Below, piece after piece: positions 50,354-60,000 of a stretch of 60,000 nucleotides of DNA. The stretch comes from Amphiscolops sp. MND2022 (taxonomy: Eukaryota), in the NCBI GenBank assembly GCA_964187785.1, contig OZ076413.1, forward strand, positions 43,340,001 through 43,400,000, written 5' to 3'. Every line of letters starts with the position of its first letter. Positions within the stretch are counted from its first letter, which is position 1. The position numbers were made by a program, and so were the translations under genes. Under the pieces are notes generated by a model. That model did not search any database. It was not told the origin of the DNA and saw nothing but the letters and a program-made list of their open reading frames with translations.

Positions 50354-50793
50354 TTTTTAGTCGGCGCGGCACGGTTCATGGAGTGAAACGCACAATAAAA
50401 GCAACTTCTATTCAATCCACCCGAACTGACTAAAATAGTTCTTGAAAGTTCTATGAAACTTTAAGGCGTCAAATTGGACCATTTAGCCAGAGGAGCTTAA
50501 ACAAAATAATTGTTGCTTTTTTCAGCGCAACATACAATACCGGGTCAGACTAAAGGGTCCCCCTTTAAGTTTTTTGGCATTGCGAGTCTTTTTCCAAGTT
50601 TTTCTGTTTTCAAAGCGTGCCCCTTCAATTTTTTTGATGTTTTGCAACAGAAATGTTGAAAAATACGAGAGGGTCCCACGCGCCTATTCGCTCCAAATTT
50701 CGGGTACTGTAAAAGAATACTTGACACTTTGAAGTCTTTTCGCTATTTTCAAGCCCCAGATATGGCGCCCAATTGGGCCGTTCTAGGCTTATT
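50354..50793 (+). mobile_element. HINE-like repeat, related subfamily
   Basis: 5' ttttagtcggcgc, internal gactaaagggtccccctt, 3' agatatggcgcccaattgggccgttctaggcttatt. Confidence 0.5.
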
Positions 50794-51042
50794 CGTTTTA
50801 CGCTCAAGTCATTTTTCCAACACTTGCTGCTTGAATTGAGAAGGAACTTCGTTCGAACCCATCACTTAACACATTTCTCCTTCCAATTTTTGGCTGCTTG
50901 CATTTGAAATTCATTGAAATAAAGTGTCTTTGGTTACACAACTTTTCATGCGGTTGGAAATCATTGGTGTCTTTAGCGTCTTGATAGCCCACTGTAGATT
51001 GGAACCAGTCTCATTCTTCTGTTTGCAGCTTATTTGTTTCAG

Positions 51043-51218
51043 ATTATGTGGGCTGCGACCCAGAGAATAGGATGTTCTAATTTACTTTGCCACAATTCTC
51101 ACTACGCTGTCTTGTGTTTTTACGATCCTCCGGGAAATGTGAAAGGAAAGCCAATGATGTCATCACTCAATTACAAAGCTCTCAGTAACTCTGGTGCAAA
51201 AGTTCAGACATGCGCACC
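51043..51218 (+). CDS. CAP/SCP-domain host gene exon
   Basis: Acceptor ttgtttcag|. Encodes IMWAATQRIGC...AVLCFYDPPGNVKG (CAP signatures). Donor cc|gtaagt, or an in-frame TAA if unspliced. Confidence 0.88.
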
Positions 51219-51307
51219 GTAAGTTCTAAAACTTATTGCTCTTGATTTAGGCAACTTTTTACAGTTCCGAGCTTTTTAATCTGAAATCTAACATGTTTTC
51301 CTCCAAA

Positions 51308-51946
51308 AGTCATTCCGTTTGATCAATTATAAAAAATGTCAACCGTCTGGACTATAATCATGATTATAGTCCAGACGGTTGACATTTTTTAAAATTGGTC
51401 ACACGGAATGACTAATCAGATCTAGTTTTCTGTGGAAACAAAACCTTACTATGGATGCATCCATAATAAGGTTTTGTTTTCACAGATAACTAGATCTGAT
51501 TAGGGAAAAGAGCCAACAGTTTGTACTCAGTAATCGAACTCGATCTTTCCATGAAACCAAAGTTTTATAACATACAGTGGGATTTGTAAATGTAATTTTT
51601 GGCCTCAATATTCCAAAATAACCCAATGGGAACGTCTGAAATCGGCGTAAAGATTTTGTAAAATTTGTGAAGATTTTGTTTTTATGAAGTTTAAGAAACA
51701 AACCAATTTTCGAGTAATTTTCAGACACACTGCCAAAAAGCCCAAAGGGGCTCTTTGACACATCAACGTTTGCAAACAAAGACATTTAGTCCTAGGCAGG
51801 CATCGAAGCGACGACCGTCTGTTTGGAAACAAACTCTATCCTATGGAGGATAGAGTTTGTTTCCAAGCAGACGGTCGTCGGTTCGATGCCTGCTTAGGTC
51901 TAAATGTCTTTGTCTGCAAATGTTGATGTGTCAAATTGCCCCCTTT
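51308..51946. repeat. cluster of three near-perfect palindromes
   Basis: 51308-51413 (53-bp arms), 51413-51502 (45-bp arms), ~51744-51946 (~95-bp arms, 4-nt loop). Confidence 0.9.
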
Positions 51947-52338
51947 TGGTTTATACGCCTATCCTAACTGCTGCCGGCGTGATCAAATAACTGTTGAAAA
52001 TACATCATGAGGTTGACCATTTGCATAAATCATGAGGTCTTACGAAAAAATAATGGAAAACTAGTCACTGTAAAAGTCGGGCATACTTCCTACAAAATGT
52101 GCCGACAAAAAACTTGAACTATTCCTCAAATTAAATCAGATTCACTTTAAACGACAGCTTTGATTGTACCGTAAATTTCCCGAGCTTTTTAGAGAATTAA
52201 AAACATGGGAGAAGCAGAGATTACAAAATCCAGATACAATTCAAGAGATGAACTATATGCTGTTGGCCTTACTTCTCTCATTGGGGACTTCGCTTTTCAG
52301 TTGAACACGCAACTTGTAACTCCTCAATTCTTGTTCAG

Positions 52339-52387
52339 TTCTGACGATAAAACCCACAGATGGCAATGTAGTGAATGTTCACCTTAA
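52339..52387 (+). CDS. probable terminal exon of the CAP gene (PSDDKTHRWQCSECSP*)
   Basis: Acceptor ttcttgttcag|; phase 2 matches the preceding donor; CSEC resembles the CAP hinge CxxC. Confidence 0.5.
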
Positions 52388-53615
52388 TCAAAATTGTATC
52401 GACTCAATTATTCAGCCGACATATGTAGCACACAGTTCTGTGTAAATTCTCTCTGTGATCACAAAAGCCAAACACGCGAGTTTTTGAAAACACGATAGCG
52501 GAAGATTTTTTTGTCAAAACACTTCTCCCAACACTGATTACAAGAGTGACGAAAGCAAAAGTTTTTTTTCAGTTTTTCAGAGACTGATGGGCGAAAACAG
52601 ATATTCAAAAACAAGTACCATTGTCATAGTTTCAAACAAAAAGACCAAGCTTGAGATTTGACTGAAAGAAGCAAAATGTTTTGCCAGATTTTTCTGAAAA
52701 AAATTTCACAGTGTTTGACTTAATCACATCAGGAATAGAGAGTATCGAAAAGAAACATTGGAAGAACATTGAAAAAACACTTTTGAAACGCTTTTAAAGC
52801 GAAACTCGTACAAGTTTGAAACGAACTGAAGAGATTTACACTTCTTTTGGTGCTGAAGCCCAGCCTTCTCTGGATTAATGAAGTGGAACAACAGGAAGTA
52901 CACGAAAAGTCCTCCTTAATTTTCTATTGTATGCTAATTAGAAACCTATTATTTTTTACTTAATTTGTTTGCCAGATTTCAGTGAAGAAAGGCGTGAAAA
53001 TTCAATTCTCCGAAGCAACTATTTTCATTTGTCACTGAAGTTTCTTTAGATTGTTTATGAGAACTTCTGAAGGTATATTGCATCAAAGAGGAGTGAAAAC
53101 AGGAAGATAGAAATCAAAGCCCTTTTACTCTTTGGTTTTCCCAAATTTTTATCGTCTTTTTGTGCTCTAGAAACTTTTTGCAGTCCATATTCTTTTTGAA
53201 TTTACATTGCACAAATATATTCCGTATTCCGTAATGTGCTCTCAACAACTTCAATCAAACTCGAGCGAATAGGCAAATTCGAGCCCAACAGATTTCCCAA
53301 TCGCAATGGTTTTACAATGGAGCACAGGTCTCAAGACTGATTCAAAAATCAGTTTTTGTCATCATTTTTGGTGAATTTATGGAATTCCGGTCACCAGAAT
53401 AATCGGTTTCTTACAACAAGTCTATCGATTAGGCTAAATCTTAACTTCGTCCATGCTCTACATACACTAGGGTGGGTGCCAAAAAGCTGGAGATTTGACT
53501 AACAACAAAAATTTTCAAAGCGCGAAAACTAATATCCATTTTACAGAAAATTCCCGAAAGCAGCAGTAATTGGCAATTACTCAAATTTTGATCAGCAAAA
53601 CACTTTGAAATATAA

Positions 53616-54042
53616 CAAGATGGCAATGTCTAAAGTTGGCGCTATATCAAAGGCTCAAAAATCAAAGTTTTTAAAGTTGTAAAAAAGGGGACCCTTTGGG
53701 TTTTTTGAAAATCCAGTTTGTTGCAAAATATCAAAAAAATTGAAGGAGGGACCCTTTGGTGACATTAAAAAACTTCTTCGAAAAAAGTCTCAAAGCCGAA
53801 AAGGCGGGAAAAGTCTCATAGTGCCGAAAAATTGGAAAGGAGGGAACCTTCTGTGTTTTTACTTCAAGTTAGAGGCTTTTGGATGCGTTCAAAATCAAGT
53901 ACTGAGTTCTTTTGGTAAAAGTGCATAATGCACAAAAAGTGGTACATACAAGTGGTACATACAGGGTGAGCTATTTGGTCTGACGAAAAAAATAGCCACT
54001 GTAATATTCGAGCACTTTTCACTAAAAAAGTGCCGACTAAAA
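53616..54042 (-). mobile_element. HINE-like repeat copy (reverse orientation)
   Basis: acaagatggcaatgtctaaagttggcgctatatc is the reverse complement of the family 3' end; gccgactaaaa is the reverse complement of the 5' end. Confidence 0.6.
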
Positions 54043-54669
54043 AGACAATTTTGATGAATTTTCGAAATTTTTGAACTTTTGAAGCAACATCTCAGAAACT
54101 ACTGGTCAAAAGGAAACTCCCCACAAATCATTTTGTAGTCGTGACACTGTTCTTCAACTTTTTGTACATAACAATTATTCTGAAAATGTTCTTTTTAAAA
54201 ATGAACAGTCAAAATCTTGGAATTCCGTCGAAACAATAATTTTCCGGAATAAAAAGTGTTGAGTCAAAAATTATAATTTTGAATCAGAAGCACAAAGTTT
54301 CGAAAAATACCCAACTTGGAAGATAAAAAAACTGACTCTGGAAGATAAAAAACTGACTCTCAGCTCTTTTTAGGTACTAACTTTCGTAGTTTTTGAGTGA
54401 GCTCAAAACAAAAATACCACTGTACTTCTGCTTGAAGCTTTACAAATACGCTCATGACGTTTTTTTCATGAAACGCATAGAAAAAGAAAACGCTTCAAAA
54501 AGTTCGGATAGGCCACATGGTAGCTCTTTCTCTTGAACATCGACCTCCTTCGTAGTAAAATTAATATACTTTTAATGTAACGTCATTGTTCGGATTGTAT
54601 TGAAAATATTATAGCTGAATATGTAATGAGAAAATCTACTCTCAGACGAAAAAAAAAAGAATTTTCAAA

Positions 54670-55260
54670 CAGTTTCTTAGTGCCGAAAAACGCAAAAGAA
54701 AGGACCCTTTGGGTTTTTGATCATCCAGTTGGTTGCAGAAAATTAAAATTACCAAAGAGATGACAGGGGCCCTTTCGGGACATCAAAAAATTTCGAAGAC
54801 GTCTCACAATATCAAAAACAACCGGTCAAACCAAACCTTGTGAGCTGTCTAGTAAAAGTTTCAAAACTATGGTAACCAAAAGCAGTACCTTTTGGAAGCA
54901 CCTAAGATTGTCTTCTGGAAAGGTACGAAGGCCTATTGAAATTTTGCAAACTTTGGACCGTTCACTGAGATCTGTGGTCTGGAGAAAAAATCAAAAACTG
55001 AAAGAGGACACCTTTGGTGCAGTGAATTTTCTCACAAGAATGTCTCATTGTTCCAAAAAGTGGAAAGAGGGACCAGTTTTCTTTGGAATTGTTTTGTATT
55101 TCATGTTAAAGGTTTTGGATGCGGTCAAAATAAAGTATTGTGTACTTATCGTAAACGTGCACCGTGCACAAAAAGTGGACCATTAAGAGTGAGACTGACA
55201 AAAAACTATACACTGTAATAGTCGAGCCCTATTCCTTAATCGAAAAGCGAAGGCCAAAAC
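54670..55260 (-). mobile_element. diverged HINE-like repeat copy (reverse orientation)
   Basis: Shares aaaggaccctttggg, tttggatgcg(t/g)tcaaaat and cactgtaata(g/t)tcgagc blocks with 53616-54042. Confidence 0.45.
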
Positions 55261-57633
55261 AGATCTACGTTAGCTACATTATTAGCTTTGCGATTCGAAG
55301 GACATAAGCTTGCAAGCTTTTTGCTTGAACCTTAGGAAACAATGTTACTTTTGAAAAAAAAGTTACAATGAGGAATTTTGAAGTCGATGAACTTTAGTAA
55401 CTCCTGAACCGGATTGAACTATTCAGGATCTTTGATTCAGCTGAAAAAATATTATTTAATTCGGATAGTACAATACTTAAAACACATCACTTTTCGAAGG
55501 CGCTTTTGTTCGACAACGTTGACTAGAACAATGGCATTTTTCAAGACCAGCGAGTTGATAGTTTATTACTAACCTATTTCAAAATGGTGACGTGAATTTT
55601 ATTAGTTTCTAATATACACATTTCCCAAAGCTTTGTAATTGATTTGTTATATGTGCATGGTACATCCCCTGGTTGCTGAAAGCAAACAATCTTCCGAGAT
55701 CTCTGCCAGGGTCTTTAAAGAGTGTATTTTTGTTGGAGAAATCTCGCACGAAACTTGCAAGAAAACCATTGTCTAGCAAGAATCTTGTTTGAGATTTTCC
55801 TTGCTTGGTATTGCTTCCACAGTATACATAGCTTACAGTTGGTATAGCTTGGCATGAAAAAGTTGACTATCTAAATTTAAGGCTGGCAAAAAGAACAATT
55901 TTCTGACTTCGAACATAAGAAAATTACTTTGGGTTTGAGATGAAAAAAATCTGACAGACTCTACTTCAGCAAAATTTCGTCCGATACCTCTTCTTTTGGT
56001 TTCCTCGTCTTCTTTGCGGCTCCAAAGAATAAGTAAGAATACACTTGCAGGTGTGAATAACCAGGTGATACCCAGTCTATGCGATCAATCATAAAGAACA
56101 TGAAGCAAAGCAAGTTGCATTGTTCTTTCGTTTGCAGTTTTTTGGAATCTTTCTATGTCTTGTTAATCGACAGTACGTTCCCACTTTGAGAATTAATGTG
56201 CGCCTGGCAGACATGACGTGAGTTTGAACCCGGGCTGGAGCCTAAAATTTTTGTGACGGAAAAATATCAGTGCTAAGCGGGGGTCTTGTTCAGCATCATC
56301 GCTGATGAGTTTCAATAGGAGTGGATTAATGATTGAGTATCTTGGAAATTATTATCGCAATATAGATGCTGTATGTTGATGTGGTGTTTAAGACATTTAA
56401 TCAAAGTGCTAGTTTGGATCGGAGCCAACCTTTTGAGTAATGAGGTAACAATTTATTTTTTCCCAAACGAGAATATCAAAAAACAGTCTCAAAAAAGCTT
56501 CATTCTCAAGGGAAGTAATAAAGAAACTGATCGCAACCATCATGCTTCGAATTGCAACGATTGGGCCAAATGCCATTCCGGTCACTTATCTGTTTCCGTG
56601 GTTCTCGTAGCTTTCCACGAAAAAGTTATTGTAATAGTCTGACGGTTCTTGGTCTACCTGGAAGCCAATATGAAAAACTCACAATCCAGCATCACCTTGT
56701 TTTTTCGTCTCTTCTCCGACACTTCAGATGAAACGAATAATGTGTTTTTGCTTTGGGGACTTGACAACTTTTCCTACAAGGAGGTTTCGTGAAATTTTGA
56801 AGGAGCAATCTGAAGTTTTGGCGTCACTTGATTTTATTGCACGGCAAGTTCTACGAAAGCCGTTTTTTTCGGTCATGTGTCTCAGAAGTTCAGTCTCTGT
56901 GAGCCCTGGACTTTAATTAAGCCCTACTTTTTTCCGATGGTAAAAGCGTCCTGCGCTAGGTTTGTATTTGGCAACAACAAACGGATTCCGTGGTGTGCCC
57001 AAAAAGCTTTTAAACCTTCACTGAAGCTTAGTGCCAATATAGGTACGTTCCTGGCAAAACTATTCTACTTTGAACCGACGCGTTTTCTTGACACGCGTTT
57101 GCAAACTTCAGCTCGATTTCACACTGTTTTAGACTTTAAAAACTTATGATAATAGTTGAAAGAAAGCATTTCCTAGTACTACACCACCGTTGCCCTAGCC
57201 TTCCTTCATCGCGTTGGGTCCAGGGTTAATAGTGTTCTCGGCCGAAATTTGTTGAGGTGTAAAACTTTTCCTGAGTTGAAAAACCTAGACTCAAACGACA
57301 TTAGAGGTAACCCTAAAAACGTTCCCTTATAGCTACTTTTATTATGGTGCTTGATTTATTTGTTTTGAATGTGTTTTAGTCATATTTTGGAACTTGGAAA
57401 CAATGAACTGCTTTTTCGAGTCCCTGGGACGTACGTTTTACCAGTAAGAACTTGCAAGGACCGCAACCAAAAGCACTCCCCTTCTTAAGTACACGTATTT
57501 ATATTTTACAATTAAGTTTCAAAACCGCCACGTGTTTTGAAGAGTGTGTGTGGGTTTCAGTAAAGTGGTACAGGTTAGAAAAGTTCAAAAAAAGGAATGG
57601 CAAAATATGCAGTGGTACAGAGGCGATTTGTTC

Positions 57634-57807
57634 GTATATTCTGCGAGTTGATTTTCCAAGCATTTGTTATCACATTATCCATTATAGCTTGGGAATATCG
57701 TTAAATAGTTTGGATAGCAGCTGCTATCCAAACTATTCAACGATATTCCCGAGCTATAATGGATAATGTGATAACAAATGCTTGGAAAATCAACTCGCAG
57801 AAAATAC
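57634..57807. repeat. near-perfect zero-spacer palindrome (~85-bp arms)
   Basis: Centre cag|ctg at 57720/57721; 2 mismatches in the inner 82 bp. Confidence 0.92.
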
Positions 57808-58329
57808 AATTTTTAAAATCGAAAATTATCCATAATTCAGTAGATTTGTGGGAGTTATTTGAGCATAAAACTGGCAAAAAAAACTGTGGATAAAACGGTC
57901 AAGACTTGGAAAAAAGGAAAATTTGCTCAAAATCAGCTATTAGTAACTTTCTCAATTTTTGTCTAAGAAAAACCTAATCTTTGGACAGAACAGAAATTTG
58001 AAAAAAAACATTAATGTAAACTAGATGAAATTATAAAAAAACTTTTATCCCTGATGTTTTTCAAAATTCTCAACTGATTTCGAGAAAATCACCCTAAAAT
58101 CCCCCTGGGGACGTTTTCTTAATCACAGTACTGTACTGTTTAAATTGACAAAGGCAGAAGCTCGTATAACGACAAAGGTCAGACGCTTGCAACATTAACG
58201 AAGGGGGAGATACGAAGGCCTAGAGTCTGGGACTGACAGCTTGACACCCCAGCCAATTTTCCCTCCATGTGGTACTGGTCCCGCGAGGGGATCGTTTTCT
58301 TTTCAGGATGCTCTCCAGCCTTACCCTAG

Positions 58330-58870
58330 TTGAAACTGCAGGAACTTTTTACATGCTGCAGGCATGCATGCAGGGTAATTTTTTATAAAACCTAGAAAAT
58401 TCAGCGAACTTCGGATGGTAAATCATGTACAATTACACTGCATTTTCCACTCCTGCAATTAAATTTGAAAATAAATTCCACTACTTTACCGACACGATCA
58501 GTTTGTAGTTACTTTTTGTTTCCTCAACTACTCATCTGATGTGATCACCGCTTCTCAAATAGCACGCTGAACATGACGCTAATTTGCAGTTTATTACGCT
58601 ACTGAAGTTATTTTGCATTAAATTAGCGGTAAAATTGATGGCGACTTATTTACTTTCAAAATTATAGCTGCTGCTTAATGAAACCTGCAAAACTTCAAGG
58701 CTTAAACTCGCCGCCAAAACTTTGATGAATCTTTCAAGCAGCTTGATAAAAGTTGAATACAACAGGTGAATATTTTCGCATGAAAGTTTCCGTAAGAGTT
58801 TTACAATATCATAATAAAAGTTGCTGGCAACATTAAAGTACATGCAAAAAGTTACTGCAGTTTCAACTAG
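58330..58870. repeat. dispersed repeat, diverged copy of 13120-13600
   Basis: Colinear shared blocks with 13120-13600. Confidence 0.6.
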
Positions 58871-60000
58871 GGTAGTCCTGTCTTTTACTTCTGTCATAAG
58901 AGGGCAGGTAGCTCTTACTCTCACTCTTTCAAAAACGGGTTGCAGTTTCAAAAACAGTTTGAAAAACGGGTTGCAGGAGCACCGAACAGTAAATTCAGGA
59001 ATATCAATGTAATCGATAATTCCAAAGAAAAATACATAAAATCAGCCCTCGAGCATATACCCGGCATCTGAACATCATGAATATGCAGTTGCAATACCAG
59101 GTAATTGGCAAGGTCCACCCAGCCCGTAAGCTGGGGCTCCCGTGGGCACTAATTAGCTGAATTCACACACTTGGCACTTTTTTTTTCGGGTATTCAGCCT
59201 TGATGGTAACGAAAAGCATATTCGTCAAGGAATCCGCTCACGCACTGTGATTTCAGACACTTTTTCTTTTCGCCCACGCAGCCGCTTTTTCTTTCTTTAT
59301 TCTCCTTTTCTGGCAGGTACTTCAATAACACGCTCAGCTCTAAGCCACGTCTATCTTGAACAAAATTTTCACAGGGCCCTATTTCAGCATTGTGATAATC
59401 CGGTTTGTAATGTTGCGATAATAGGGAGGAGTTTTTCTTCGATGTCACACAGTGCCGACATACAATAGTGGGAGGTCACCTACTTGGAAAAAGTCGCACA
59501 GTATCGAAAACAAACCCTAAATGTTGTCCCTCTACATTTGAAACCATGAAAAGATTTGTTTACAACGGGATTCGGCTCTTTTCTGTTCTCTCCCCCCCCA
59601 CCACCATATTTTTTTTGGAAAATTAGTGAAAATCTTATCCCGGGATTCGAACCTTGGACTCCCATGTCCCGCTACCATGAACAGCAAGTTTTCTCTAACC
59701 TCTAGGTCCTCAGCGTCTTATAGCTATCAGGAAGTAGTCTTGACAGAAACTGGTGGAAAAAATTCACGTGCTGAAAACATGATTAGCATCAAGTCATCCC
59801 GTGAAACTACCAGTATCCATCATTGTTTACTTTTCCGAGCAGGTTTTTTTGTGATTCGATGCGGCACTATTGACCACGTGCATAAATGCCTTCAGCCTCA
59901 AAGAAGTCATTGTCGCTGGCTGCAATTTATGGTGGCGCAATATCAGAAGAAAATGTATTGCAACAAACTCACGCTTGCTCTCTGCACATTAATGGTGCTT

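Noticed and set aside
49831..50433. independent 200-aa gene
   Set aside because: It is the 3' LTR duplicate of the gag N-terminus running into flank.
59630..59720. tRNA gene on minus (ggttcgaatcccgg B-box)
   Set aside because: Only a B-box-like motif and no cloverleaf; at most a SINE relic.

Overview
AT-rich animal (metazoan) genomic DNA, almost all repeat-derived. One host gene is recognisable: a CAP/SCP (cysteine-rich secretory protein-like) gene on +, with exons at 13728-13909, 51043-51218 and probably 52339-52387. Its ~37-kb intron holds a decayed Polinton/adintovirus (pPolB, capsid, integrase), an old decayed Ty3/Gypsy, and a near-complete Ty3/Gypsy element (27369-50284, ~2.47-kb LTRs, TSD GCAGT). 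A non-autonomous Bel/Pao element (28299-34934) sits inside that Gypsy's 5' LTR. The main finding is a ~5.3-kb accessory module between the Gypsy pol and its 3' LTR. It has (i) an antisense multi-intron gene that looks like a catalytically dead hAT-type transposase retaining its zinc finger, (ii) a divergent sense ORF rich in SUMO-interacting-like motifs, and (iii) an array of TGACGTC-containing motifs between them, whose core also recurs through the LTR. This could be an undescribed transposon-encoded regulatory or anti-silencing system; the function is inference. The window also contains Helentron-associated-like repeats, a ~29-bp satellite, a Tc1/mariner relic and several near-perfect palindromes. 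All family assignments come from reading motifs by eye; no database search was run.
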